A stretch of DNA of 43,319 nt, taken from positions 1 to 43,319 of the forward strand of contig JAWLHK010000030.1 of assembly GCA_041690355.1 (NCBI GenBank), read 5' to 3'. This DNA is from a bacterium (lineage in GTDB: Bacteria > J088 > JAWLBW01). The position numbers and the translations under genes are program-made. This document shows positions 18,856 to 28,883 of this stretch, in pieces. How positions within the stretch are numbered: the stretch's first letter is position 1; every line of letters starts with the position of its first letter. A model generated the notes under the pieces. The model made no database searches. It had not been told where the DNA came from and saw only the letters and a list, made by a program, of their open reading frames with translations.

Positions 18856-20019
18856 ATGGATAACGCCCTGAAACCGAATGCAATTTTGGCGGAAAATATC
18901 CGTAAGTACCGTCTAGAGCGCGGTCTTTCTCAGACTGATGCGGCAAAAACTGCAGGCCTCTCCCGGAATGCGTATCTTAATCTTGAGGCCGGCCGATCGG
19001 AACCACGATTTAGCACCCTTTTGCAGCTCGCGAACTTGTTTGGTGTGAAGCTAGAAGACTTCTTCACCCCGCCTAGGACTTTGCATTCCGTTCGTTTCCG
19101 CGCTCATAAGCAGATGACGACGAGGGATGAGATACTTCACCGCGTCGGCAGATGGCTGGACAGCTATGTCGAACTCGAACTCATCACGAAACAGGTCTGC
19201 GAATTTCCGGTCAAGAAGATACGGGGTGTCGCCTCGCGTGTCAAGAGTGGGAATCGAGCCGAAGTTGCCGCTCAAGAAGCCAGGAAAGCGTTTGGGCTGA
19301 ACGACACTGATGCTATCCGGGATATCTGCGGCCTCTTTGAGGACAAAGGTATTAAGGTCTTCGCTATGTCGGTTAAGTCGGACGGGTTCTTTGGGCTGTC
19401 CGTTGGTGAAGAAGATGGTGGCCCGGCCGTGGCTGTCAATACCGACGAACGAATTCCTGTAGAACGGCAAATATTCACTGCTGCCCATGAGTTAGGCCAC
19501 CTCATTCTTCACTTGGACGCATTCAATGTGAATAATTCGGAAGAGGATGAGCGGCAAGAAAAGGAAGCCAATCTTTTTGCAGGTTGCTTCCTCATGCCGA
19601 AGACGCTTTTCGAGTCAGAGTGGGAGGAAACGAGAGGTCTTCGCTTCGTCGATCGGGTCTTGAAGGTGAAGCGGATCTTCAATGTTAGTTACAAAACCGT
19701 ACTTTACCGTGTGGGCGAAGTAACGAACGAGCGGCAAGTCTGGGAACGCTTCAAAACGGAGTACAAAGAGCACTACCAGAAAACACTGAAGTTTGACGAG
19801 GAACCCGACGGCATTAAGGGGAGTATTCTGAACCATGGGGCACCCGCTCGGTTGGAGCCGAGGCGGTTGGACCCAGCCGACTTTATGGTTGATCGGCTGA
19901 ATCGACTTGTAAGGAAGGCTCTTGAGGACCAGTTAATAAGTCGTAGTCGAGCGGCAGAAATTCTTGGGATGCCAGTCCCACGTCTGCTCGAACTGCAAAA
20001 GTCCTGGGCGCTTCATTGA
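18856..20019 (+). CDS. XRE-family HTH fused to ImmA/IrrE (DUF955, peptidase M78) metallopeptidase
   Basis: N-terminal cro/C1 HTH; FTAAHELGHL HExxH; EKEANLFAGCFLMP; C-terminal ISRSRAAEIL. Confidence 0.93.
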   Translation: MDNALKPNAILAENIRKYRLERGLSQTDAAKTAGLSRNAYLNLEAGRSEPRFSTLLQLANLFGVKLEDFFTPPRTLHSVRFRAHKQMTTRDEILHRVGRWLDSYVELELITKQVCEFPVKKIRGVASRVKSGNRAEVAAQEARKAFGLNDTDAIRDICGLFEDKGIKVFAMSVKSDGFFGLSVGEEDGGPAVAVNTDERIPVERQIFTAAHELGHLILHLDAFNVNNSEEDERQEKEANLFAGCFLMPKTLFESEWEETRGLRFVDRVLKVKRIFNVSYKTVLYRVGEVTNERQVWERFKTEYKEHYQKTLKFDEEPDGIKGSILNHGAPARLEPRRLDPADFMVDRLNRLVRKALEDQLISRSRAAEILGMPVPRLLELQKSWALH

Positions 20020-20055
20020 TCAGCGTCATTGGAGCGCGCACTTTTGGACATATGG

Positions 20056-20604
20056 ATGAAGTTGCCATCAATAAAGAACGGCCTTGTTGTGGATGCAAGC
20101 GCTCTGATCGACCTATATGTTGGTGCCAGGAGAGCCCTTCCGCTGATTAGCGCAAACATTGGCCAGTTGCATGTGCCCACGCCCATTCTCAGCGAGGTCG
20201 AACACCTCGACGAAAGACGTTGTCGTCGTCTTGGCCTATCCGTTTATCAACCGTCGGTACAGCAGCTCACGATAGCGAGTCGTCGAATCGCAGGCTTGTC
20301 GTTCGCGGATCGAATCTGCTTGACCGTCGCCTGCGAAGAAAGGTGGGTAGTCGTTACGAATGATAAGCCCCTCAGAAAGCAGTGCGTTGAAGCCAACGTG
20401 CTCGTTGCCTGGGGACTGGAGCTGCTGGTAGACTTGGTCGGTCGAAAAGTCATCCCTAAAGACGACGCCGTTGCGATGGGCAAGGCGATTCAAGAAACCA
20501 ATCCTTACATTACAGCCGGGATATTGGATCGCTACGTGAAGAAGTGCGCGGGCGCAACTCGGGAAAACCTTTTGGTGCCGACACTTTTGCGAGAGTCATC
20601 GTAG
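20056..20604 (+). CDS. PIN-domain protein, putative toxin partner of the HTH-IrrE protein
   Basis: VVDASALID, ILSEV, LSFADRIC, VTNDKPLR; alternative start 20029. Confidence 0.8.
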   Translation: MKLPSIKNGLVVDASALIDLYVGARRALPLISANIGQLHVPTPILSEVEHLDERRCRRLGLSVYQPSVQQLTIASRRIAGLSFADRICLTVACEERWVVVTNDKPLRKQCVEANVLVAWGLELLVDLVGRKVIPKDDAVAMGKAIQETNPYITAGILDRYVKKCAGATRENLLVPTLLRESS

Positions 20605-20708
20605 CCGAGAGCGTACTCGTCGGCGGGTGGCCTCAAGGACATCCATCATGCGCGGGTCGGACTGCATCGGGAGAGTCATATAGGTCACCTCTTTTAGGAA
20701 CACGGCGC

Positions 20709-21776
20709 TCAGGCAGGGGCATTGGCACCGGAGTTGACCGGGGGGAAGCGCCTGTGCACAGGTCGGCCCCGTCCCGACTTCTCGATAAGCGCCAACTCGA
20801 TGCCGTGCTCCTTAGAAAGAACATCCAACGTACCGGCTATCTGCTCCGCATAGCCGTCCTTTGTCTCCCCGGTAAGGAGGACGATGGCGGGGCCACGATG
20901 TTTCCACGCGGCAGTATATATCGGAAGTTGCTCTCGGATAAGTCGATCCAGCGCGTCCTTCCTATTGAGATCAGCTTTCATTTCAATGATGACATTGCCA
21001 ATGCAGATGTCCGCACGCCTAGTTAACCCATCAAACCCAGACTCCTTCGAAAGGTGAACACCAGGGAATTCGGCACTCAGGTGAGCATTAAGGCTGTCCT
21101 GAAACTGTCTCTCCCAAACAAGCCATCCCTGCGGTCGCCACGATTCAACGGCTCCGATGACACTTGCGACCGGGTCACCCGGAAATTGCATTGGCAGGCG
21201 CTCTGCTACGTCAAAGAGTATCGGCGCGCCTGCCGGAATCTCGGGCTCAACCTTTCGATAGGGGAAAGAGACCCTGACTTCAGGCGCAAGGTATGTCAAG
21301 GCGACGGCACCAAGCATGAAGATCGTACCGAGCGCTCCGTAGTTCCAAACCAGGGTCGGTGCATGAAAATTCACAAGCCTGACCCAGGCTACTCCTATGC
21401 CCTTCGTGAGAGCAAGGTGCGGATAGCCCAACGCATCGAGAAGACCAAAAAATGCGAGAACCACGAGTATTGCAACGAACCCCGCACGAACCTCTAAACC
21501 CTCGGCTCCTTCACGCATGAGCCAACCCAATGGGAGGCGGCGTCTGGACGCTGGAGCCTGATAGTAGACGACGGAGCCTAAAGCGATCGAGGCCAGGCCA
21601 ACGAGAACACCCAGCCCGCAAGCAAGGTAAAGAAAATCAGGCAATATCGGGAGCCATGCGGCACGAACGTACTGTAGAAACGCAGAGAGCCCGCAGAATA
21701 GAACGCCCACCACGAGGAAAAGAAGGTAGTAGGGGACGATGATTGTGGTCGCGACGTTATCGGCTTTCGTGCGCAT
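20709..21776 (-). CDS. Multi-pass membrane protein with C-terminal PD-(D/E)xK-like nuclease domain
   Basis: About four hydrophobic segments, then ERQFQDSL..E..RRADICIGNVIIEMK. Confidence 0.6.
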   Translation of the reverse strand: MRTKADNVATTIIVPYYLLFLVVGVLFCGLSAFLQYVRAAWLPILPDFLYLACGLGVLVGLASIALGSVVYYQAPASRRRLPLGWLMREGAEGLEVRAGFVAILVVLAFFGLLDALGYPHLALTKGIGVAWVRLVNFHAPTLVWNYGALGTIFMLGAVALTYLAPEVRVSFPYRKVEPEIPAGAPILFDVAERLPMQFPGDPVASVIGAVESWRPQGWLVWERQFQDSLNAHLSAEFPGVHLSKESGFDGLTRRADICIGNVIIEMKADLNRKDALDRLIREQLPIYTAAWKHRGPAIVLLTGETKDGYAEQIAGTLDVLSKEHGIELALIEKSGRGRPVHRRFPPVNSGANAPA

Positions 21777-21798
21777 CAGGGTCTCTTCGAGGGGCAGC

Positions 21799-22185
21799 TG
21801 CGTATTTCGGTCTAAGCGGCCGAGGATTTCGGTTAAATCGGCCGGCGTATCGGAGAATTACGGCCGGGGTAAACCCTTAGCGTAACGGCACCAGCTCCGC
21901 TCATCTTACTTGGCGGGCTTCTCCGCCTGCAAACCCCGCTTCGTCTTGCGCATGGATCCACCCTTCATCTCGATCCTGTGCGCGTTGTGCACAAGCCGGT
22001 CGAGGATTGCATCGGCGAGTGTGGCCTCGCCCATCAGGGCGTGCCAGGCCTTCACGGGCTGTGATTAGTATTGAGCCAAAATCGTTGTTCCTCGAGCACT
22101 TCTAGAATGTCCCTTCGTCCCGTGTCGCCGATGGGCTCGAGTTTCCAGTCGTCGATGACGAGCAGGTTCGTACGGGCGACCTTTC
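21799..22185 (-). mobile_element. istB: IS21-family remnant: 3' fragment of istB plus probable right end
   Basis: Minus-strand translation gives LLVIDDW..RDILEVLEE, a frameshift, then [34 protein letters not shown] (stop at 21906); TGCGTATTTCGG end with repeated CGGCCG motifs from 21799. Confidence 0.85.
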
Positions 22186-22231
22186 AAAGAACGCTCGTTA
22201 ATGCCTGCTGATTCCCCTATCACCCGCCCCC

Positions 22232-25200
22232 TCACCCCACCCCGCCGCGCAGCAGCTCTTTCGCCTCGGTCAGCAGGCGCAGCACGGTGAGGGTGAAGCG
22301 GTGGGCCGACTCGTCGGTGGCCAACACGGCCAGCGACATCTTTTCCTGGTCCTGCATGTTGTCGAGCACGGTGTCGGTGACGCGTTGCGGGAAAATGCCG
22401 TGCATGACTGTTTCGGGGGTGTGGTTCTGCACCTGGGCCATGACGTCATCCTGCCGGCTGATGCGTTCGGCGATGGTTTTCGCGAACTGGAGCTGGTCGT
22501 TATCCCCCACCTCGGCGCCGAAAATCTCGTTGAGCGCCTGAATGATCTCGGCCAGCCGCTTCTTCTCGGGCTCGTGGGCCTTGCCGGTGCCGATGGCGCT
22601 GCCGGGCTGCAGGGGATACGGATCATGGTCGTCGCCGAGGCGCAGCGCGGCTTCGTCGTGTTTCGTAAGCCGGTAGTGCGTCAACTGCAGTTCGGCGACG
22701 TCGACATCCTCGGTCTCCAGCCGGTCCACGCGCAAGAGCGGATACAGGTGCCGGGCGTAGACGCAGAGCTGCTCGAGCTCGCGGTCGTCATATTCCACGA
22801 TCTGCGAGAGAAACTCGTACAGCCGCACGAAGCTCATAAGGTTCTTCTTGAACAGATCGAGCTGGTCAATTTGCTCGCCGGCCACCTTCAAATCATGTTC
22901 CGCCCGCTTCAGGCCGATGCTGTCGCCGTTGGTGTCGGCCGTACGCTTCGCCTCGCGCGCGCGCTGGGCCGCCTCCTGCGCCTCGCGGTAGCGCAGCTTG
23001 AAGCGATCCTTCGCCGGCTGGCAGTAGAAGGACAGTTTGCTCGCCGGCGCCTTGGGGTCGAAGAAGGCGAGCGCGAAACTGCGCACTTCCTCCCAATGAT
23101 AGATCCCCTCGGCGTCGAGTGTTTTCTGCACGTCGTAGACGGTCTGCGGGTCCGAGACATCCGCCAGCTCGGCCTTGTTGTAGTAGGGGAGAAAGGCGTC
23201 GAGAATGTCCTGCGGGTCGTTGAAAAAGTCGAGGATGAACGTCTCCTTGCCCGGAAACGTGCGGTTGAGCCGCGAGAGGGTCTGCACGCAGTCGACCCCC
23301 TGGAGCTTCTTGTCAACGTACATGGCGCACAGCTTCGGCTGGTCGAAGCCGGTCTGGTACTTGTTGGCCACGATCATGACGTTGAAGTCCTGTGTGTCGA
23401 AGGCCTCGGCCAGGTCGCGCTTGTTCAGCCCGGGGTTGAGCAAGGTGCTCGTCTCGCTCACCTCTTCGGGAATCACGCCGTCGGGGAGCACGGTGCCCGA
23501 AAAGGCGACGAGCGGGTGCACGTCGGCATAGCCCATCTCCTTCACGTACTGCTTCACGGCGAGCTGGTAACGCACGGCTTCCTGGCGGCTGCCGGTGACG
23601 ACCATGGCCTTGGCCTGGCCGTTCAGCAGGTGACGCACGTGCTGCCGGAAGTGCTCGACGATGACCTCGACCTTCTGGCGGATGTTGTGCGGATGCAGCC
23701 GCACCCAGCGGGCCAGCTTCGTGCGCGCCTTCTTCGAGTCGACCTCTTCGTCTTCCGCATGCGGATGGGCGATCTTCCACGCCGTCTTGTAGGTGGTGTA
23801 GCGCTGCAGCACGTCGAGGATGAACCCCTCTTCGATGGCCTGCCGCATCGAATAGATGTGAAACGGCGCCGGCTTGTTCTCGGCGCCCGGCGGCTGCGAC
23901 GGGTCGGGTACGCGGCCGAACAGCTCCAGCGTGCGCGCCTTGGGGGTCGCGGTGAAGGCATAGTAGCTGATGCGATCATGGGGCCCGCGGGCCTGCACGG
24001 CGGCATCAAGCAGCTCTTCGGCGCTGATCTCTTCACGCTCGGGATCTTCCCCCTCGGCCTCCTTCTCGCTCGTCAGGATCGCTTTCAGCTTACTCGCCGA
24101 AGAGCCGGTCTGCGACGAGTGAGCCTCGTCGGCGATGACCGCGTAGCGCCCCGAGGCGAGCTTCGGCTGCTTGTTCAGCGCCTCGAACAACGCGGGAAAG
24201 GTCTGAAGGGTGACAATGATGATGCGCGTCTGTTCGGCCAGGGCCTCGGCGAGCTGCTCAGATTTGCTCTGGTTGCCGAGATCGCGGCTGATGGGGCGCA
24301 CGACCCCCTGCGCATGTTCAAACTGGTAAATCGTGTTCTGCAACTGGCTGTCGAGCACGGTTCGGTCGGTGACGACGATGACCGAGCTGAACATGCGGTT
24401 CCCCGCGTCGTCGTAGAGCGAGGCGAGCTGGTGGGCCGCCCAGGCGATGGAGTTCGACTTGCCCGAACCGGCGCTGTGCTGCACGAGATAGCGCCGTCCC
24501 GCCCCCTCGGCGCGCGTGGCGTCGACGATCTTGTTCACGACCTCCCACTGGTGGTAGCGCGGGAAGATCATCGTCTCTTTGGTGACCGGTTTGCCGTCGA
24601 ACCCCTCCTTCGTCTCTTTCTGGAGGTGCAGGAAACGCCCCAGCACCTTGAGCCAGGCGTCGGGCTGAAAGAGTCGCTCCCACAGGTAGCCCACGGCATA
24701 CTGCGTGTCGTCGGCGGGGCGGGGGTTGCCGGCACCCCCGTCTTCGGTCCCCCGGTTGAAGGGGAGAAAGAAGGTGTCGTCGCCGGCCAGCCGGGTGGTC
24801 ATGGCCACCTCGCTCTGCCCCACGGCGAAGTGCACCAGGGCGCCCCGCTTGAAGGTGAGCAGCGGTTCGGGCTTGCGCGTGACGGGATCCTTGACCGGGC
24901 GGTCTTTGCAGTACTGGCGCTTGGCGTTCTCGACCGACTGCTTGAACTCGCTCTTCAGCTCGAGGGTGGCCGTGGGGATGCCGTTCACGAAGAGCACCAG
25001 GTCGAGGCGCGGGTTGTACTCCCCTTCGCGCGCGTGGGGCGAGTAGGAGACCTCGGGCACGACGCGAAGGCGGTTGGCGCGGTAGCGCCGCAGGCTGTCG
25101 GGGTTCATGCCGTGATCGGGCTGAAAGCTGCACAGCTCAATCTTCACGCCGGGCACCTTGAACCCGTGGCGCAGCACATCGAGGGTGCCGTCCTGATCGA

Positions 25201-25426
25201 GCGCGCGCACGACCTTCTGCACCAGCACCGATTCGGGGTTGTTCGGGTTGCTCTTGCGGAATTTCTCCCACCGGTCAGGCCAGGCTTCTTGAAAGTAAGC
25301 GATCAGATCTTCGGGGTAGACGGCTGCCGCGCGGTCGTACCCGGATGCCTTGCCCACCAGCCACCCCTGGGCGGCCATGGCGCCGATTATGTCCTGCTGA
25401 AAGGCCAGCTCCCGGCTGTCAGCCAT
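22232..25426 (-). CDS. hsdR: Type I restriction endonuclease subunit R
   Basis: LDLVLFVNGIP..LELK nuclease motif, HSAGSGKS Walker A, DEAHSSQ, FTATPK, QTGFDQP, QTLSRLNR. Confidence 0.97.
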   Translation of the reverse strand: MADSRELAFQQDIIGAMAAQGWLVGKASGYDRAAAVYPEDLIAYFQEAWPDRWEKFRKSNPNNPESVLVQKVVRALDQDGTLDVLRHGFKVPGVKIELCSFQPDHGMNPDSLRRYRANRLRVVPEVSYSPHAREGEYNPRLDLVLFVNGIPTATLELKSEFKQSVENAKRQYCKDRPVKDPVTRKPEPLLTFKRGALVHFAVGQSEVAMTTRLAGDDTFFLPFNRGTEDGGAGNPRPADDTQYAVGYLWERLFQPDAWLKVLGRFLHLQKETKEGFDGKPVTKETMIFPRYHQWEVVNKIVDATRAEGAGRRYLVQHSAGSGKSNSIAWAAHQLASLYDDAGNRMFSSVIVVTDRTVLDSQLQNTIYQFEHAQGVVRPISRDLGNQSKSEQLAEALAEQTRIIIVTLQTFPALFEALNKQPKLASGRYAVIADEAHSSQTGSSASKLKAILTSEKEAEGEDPEREEISAEELLDAAVQARGPHDRISYYAFTATPKARTLELFGRVPDPSQPPGAENKPAPFHIYSMRQAIEEGFILDVLQRYTTYKTAWKIAHPHAEDEEVDSKKARTKLARWVRLHPHNIRQKVEVIVEHFRQHVRHLLNGQAKAMVVTGSRQEAVRYQLAVKQYVKEMGYADVHPLVAFSGTVLPDGVIPEEVSETSTLLNPGLNKRDLAEAFDTQDFNVMIVANKYQTGFDQPKLCAMYVDKKLQGVDCVQTLSRLNRTFPGKETFILDFFNDPQDILDAFLPYYNKAELADVSDPQTVYDVQKTLDAEGIYHWEEVRSFALAFFDPKAPASKLSFYCQPAKDRFKLRYREAQEAAQRAREAKRTADTNGDSIGLKRAEHDLKVAGEQIDQLDLFKKNLMSFVRLYEFLSQIVEYDDRELEQLCVYARHLYPLLRVDRLETEDVDVAELQLTHYRLTKHDEAALRLGDDHDPYPLQPGSAIGTGKAHEPEKKRLAEIIQALNEIFGAEVGDNDQLQFAKTIAERISRQDDVMAQVQNHTPETVMHGIFPQRVTDTVLDNMQDQEKMSLAVLATDESAHRFTLTVLRLLTEAKELLRGGVG

Positions 25427-26774
25427 GCACGGCCTCGCGGGCGGATGATTTCAATGCCGTGTCGGGGGGCGGTTGCCAGCCCCGCACGTCGATCTTCCCG
25501 GTGACAGCGGCGGAAATGAGGGCGGAGCGGCGTTCTTGAAGGAGGTGGACTGCTTGCTCAGCCGTCATCACCAACATATCCATTGCGTTAGAAGCAGCTT
25601 CCAAATGGTCCACTATTCGTTCCTGCTCCCCAAGAGGAGGGACAGCGAGGCTGTAATTTCTGACCGTGGCCACATTGACATGAGGCGACGTTGCCCCGAC
25701 CGTGTCTACGTCGCCTTGCTTATAAACCGCATCTGAATTCAAAAGGAACATCAGATAGGAGGGCGAGATACCCTCAGCTGCCCGAAACTGCATCATACGC
25801 TGCCCCAAGGCATAACGTCCTGATTCCGGAACCACAGCTGCATGACCCCACCGTTCACCTTCTCGGCCATAAACGATGTCCCCTTCATCAAGGCTCGCGC
25901 GTCGCGTCCGAATAATGTACTGATCCTGATCCAACCTGTACATCTGCTCTCGCTTTAAGACCCCACGATCAATGTCCGCCGTCCTGATGACAAGATACTC
26001 ACCATCTGGCTCGTATATCGGCGTTTCGTGAGGGCAATCCACGATCATCGATGTCACATGCTTCAGTCTGGTCACCTCCCAATGCGCCGGCACCTCGCCA
26101 AGCCACTCGACTCCGGAATCCTTCATGGGCACGGTGGGGTCGAGCCCCTTGGTCACGGCATGGGAAATCACCGCCTGCCGCTTTTCCTGGAGCAGTTCGA
26201 TGAGCCGCTGCTGCTCGGTGATCAGCGCGTCGATACGCGCCGTTTCGTGGTCGAGGAAGCCGGCGATTTGGGATTGTTCGCCGTCGCTGGGAATCAGTAC
26301 CGGCAGCCATTTCATGTCGGCATATCCAATGGACTGTCGAAGGCCACCACCCATGGAGTAGAAGACCTTCGTTAAGTCGTACGCCCGAAACAAGTAGTTG
26401 GAGAACCTAGGGTTGATGCCCCGGCTGACAACAGCGAGATAGGCCGATGTTATGATTCCTTTCTTACCAACAATTGCACTGCGGAGGCTTCGTTTATCGT
26501 TCTGAAGGTCAGTGAGACGAAAAACAACGTCGTCTTCGTATACGATCTGGTAGGTCTCAAAAGACTCTGGAAGCAAGCCTTCAAGGGTGTTGATGTCCTT
26601 GTCGACGATCGCACCGTAGCTCAATGACAGGAGATTCGACTCTTGCATCCCAATGTTCTTTTCTTTTCGCTCTCGAAATTGGCTGAAGAACGGGACAACT
26701 TGCCAATGACCAGGCACGGGCCCTACCCACTCGACCCCCGAATCCTTATACGCCTCGTACTTCGGGAAGCTCAT
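25419..26774 (-). CDS. hsdS: Type I R-M specificity subunit S
   Basis: Two KDSGVEW.G..P.HW repeats, [22 protein letters not shown]. Confidence 0.96.
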   Translation of the reverse strand: MSFPKYEAYKDSGVEWVGPVPGHWQVVPFFSQFRERKEKNIGMQESNLLSLSYGAIVDKDINTLEGLLPESFETYQIVYEDDVVFRLTDLQNDKRSLRSAIVGKKGIITSAYLAVVSRGINPRFSNYLFRAYDLTKVFYSMGGGLRQSIGYADMKWLPVLIPSDGEQSQIAGFLDHETARIDALITEQQRLIELLQEKRQAVISHAVTKGLDPTVPMKDSGVEWLGEVPAHWEVTRLKHVTSMIVDCPHETPIYEPDGEYLVIRTADIDRGVLKREQMYRLDQDQYIIRTRRASLDEGDIVYGREGERWGHAAVVPESGRYALGQRMMQFRAAEGISPSYLMFLLNSDAVYKQGDVDTVGATSPHVNVATVRNYSLAVPPLGEQERIVDHLEAASNAMDMLVMTAEQAVHLLQERRSALISAAVTGKIDVRGWQPPPDTALKSSAREAVHG

Positions 26775-28525
26775 GCCGACAGCTCCTCGATCATCTGCTT
26801 GATGCGGTCGGTGCAGGCTTTCAGGTCGCGGTCGATCTCCTCCAACGGGCGCGGCGGCTTGAACTCGTAGAAGTGGCGGTTGAACGGGATCTCGAAGCCG
26901 ACGATCCCCACTTCGCCGTCTTTCTCGTCCCGCTTGCTCTCGTCGATCCAGGCATCGGGCACATGGGGCTTCACTTCGCGCTCGAAGTAGTCATCGACCG
27001 ACTGGCCGAGCGGCACGTTCTCGGAGTCGCGCAGGGCGGGGTCGGCTTCGGGTTTCCCCTTGTTCTTCCCCTTGGTCGCGATGACGACCTTCCCCTTCTC
27101 GTCGCGCAGGGGGCGCTCGACGGTGATGCGCCGGTAACCGAACGCCTCGACCGGGAAAATTTTGCTCTTCGGCCCCTCTTCAAAGCGCCCGTAGAGGCGC
27201 ACGAGGTCTTCGATCTGCTCGTCGGCGATGTACTGGCGCTTGCTCCCTAGCGACTTGCGCATCTTCGTGAAGTGCTGCGTGCCGTCGATGAGCTGCACCT
27301 TGCCCCGCCGCACCTTCGGCTTGTGGTTCGAGAGAATCCAGACGTAGGTCGCGATGCCGGTGTTGTAGAACATGTCGGTGGGCAGGGCGACGATCGCCTC
27401 CACCAGGTCGTTTTGCAGCAGATAGCGCCGGATCTCCGATTCGCCGCTCCCCGCGCCGCCGGTGAACAGGGGCGAGCCGTTCAGGATGATGCCGATGCGC
27501 GAACCCCCTTCGCGCGGGTCGCGCATCTTGCTCACCAGGTGCAGCAGAAAGAGCATCGACCCGTCTGACACGCGCGGCAGGCCGGGGCCGAAGCGGCCGG
27601 CGAACCCTTTCTTGGCGTGTTCGTCCTTGATCTGCTTTTCGACCTTCTTCCAGTCGACCCCGAACGGCGGGTTGCTGAGCATGAAGTCAAATTTTTCGTT
27701 CGGCAGAAGGTCGTTCGAGAGGGTGTTCTCTTTCTTGATGTTGCCGACCGCCTGTCCCTTGATGAGCATGTCGGCCTTGCAGATGGCATACGATTCGGGG
27801 TTGAGCTCCTGCCCGAACAGCGAAACGGTGACCTTCTGGCTCACCTGCTGAATGTACTCCTCTGACTCGGAGAGAAAGCCCCCCGTGCCGGCCGTGGGGT
27901 CGTAGATGGTGACGATGCCGTTCGGCTTGAGTTTGTCGTCCTGCCCGGTGAGCACGAGCGAGGTGGTCAGGTGCACGATGTCGCGGGGGGTGAAGTGCTC
28001 TCCGGCCGTCTCATTCGAACTTTCGGCGAACTTCCGGATGAGCTCCTCGAAGATGATCCCCATGCCGAAGTTGCTGATCCGTTTCGGGCTGAGATCGACG
28101 GCGGCGAACCGCTGGATGACCTGGTAGAGCAGGTTGTTGGCGGCGAGCTGCTCGACGTAGTCTTCAAAGTGGAAGTGTTCGAAGATGTCGCGGCCGTCGG
28201 CGCTGAACGACTGCACGTAGCTCATCAGGTCCTGGGCCGGCTGGCTGTCCGAGATCGTGCCCAGCGAGAGGGGCGAGGCGTTGTAGAACTGCTGCCTGGC
28301 TTCGCGCAGCAGAATCTTCTCGCGCGCCGCGTCGGGTTTCTTCTGGTGCTCTTTGGCCGCCGCCAGCACCTTCTTCTTCGTGGGCTCGAGCACGCACTCC
28401 ATGCGGCGCAGCAGCGTGAAGGGGAGAATGATGCGGCCGTACTGGGATTGTTTGAAGTCGCCGCGCAGCAGGTCGGCGATGGACCAGAGAAACGCGGCGG
28501 TCTGGGAGTGGTTTTCGGTGTTCAT
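26771..28525 (-). CDS. hsdM: Type I R-M N6-adenine methyltransferase subunit M
   Basis: [32 protein letters not shown]. Confidence 0.97.
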   Translation of the reverse strand: MNTENHSQTAAFLWSIADLLRGDFKQSQYGRIILPFTLLRRMECVLEPTKKKVLAAAKEHQKKPDAAREKILLREARQQFYNASPLSLGTISDSQPAQDLMSYVQSFSADGRDIFEHFHFEDYVEQLAANNLLYQVIQRFAAVDLSPKRISNFGMGIIFEELIRKFAESSNETAGEHFTPRDIVHLTTSLVLTGQDDKLKPNGIVTIYDPTAGTGGFLSESEEYIQQVSQKVTVSLFGQELNPESYAICKADMLIKGQAVGNIKKENTLSNDLLPNEKFDFMLSNPPFGVDWKKVEKQIKDEHAKKGFAGRFGPGLPRVSDGSMLFLLHLVSKMRDPREGGSRIGIILNGSPLFTGGAGSGESEIRRYLLQNDLVEAIVALPTDMFYNTGIATYVWILSNHKPKVRRGKVQLIDGTQHFTKMRKSLGSKRQYIADEQIEDLVRLYGRFEEGPKSKIFPVEAFGYRRITVERPLRDEKGKVVIATKGKNKGKPEADPALRDSENVPLGQSVDDYFEREVKPHVPDAWIDESKRDEKDGEVGIVGFEIPFNRHFYEFKPPRPLEEIDRDLKACTDRIKQMIEELSA

Positions 28526-28670
28526 CCGGGTAACGCGTCCATACAGGGGGTGCGGGGCCGCGGGGCAGAGGGCGCGCGGGGGTCCGCAGAATATCCGATC
28601 GGGTACCCGACCGGGCTTCAATCGAAGCGATATTCTACCAGAATGGGGTGGACAGCGGTTGTCTGGGGAC

Positions 28671-28743
28671 AGTCGTCTGTCGTCAGTCGTCAGTCCGCTG
28701 TCGGCAGTCGGCAGTCCGCAGTCGGCAGTCGGCAGTCGGCAGT
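28671..28743. repeat. Heptamer tandem repeat (GTCGGCA-type, ~10 units)
   Basis: gtcgtct gtcgtca gtcgtca gtccgct gtcggca gtcggca gtccgca gtcggca... Confidence 0.9.
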
Positions 28744-28883
28744 TTCTATCCTAGGCCTGTACCTGGTCGAGTGGCGGCAGGGAACAAGGCCGGCGCGTAT
28801 GTGGTCGAGCCCCCAGGTCGCCCCGTCTAAGCAGCTCCCTCATCCGGCCAATCAGAAGAGGCGCAAGGTTGAAGATAAACGTG

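Noticed and set aside
21799-22185. Active IS21 element
   Set aside because: No istA, istB is 5'-truncated and frameshifted, and no left end was seen
22301-25504. 1067-aa plus-strand ORF, and similar long antisense ORFs over rfbAB, hsdM, the aminotransferase and ldhA
   Set aside because: Shadow ORFs opposite well-supported high-GC genes, with no recognisable motifs
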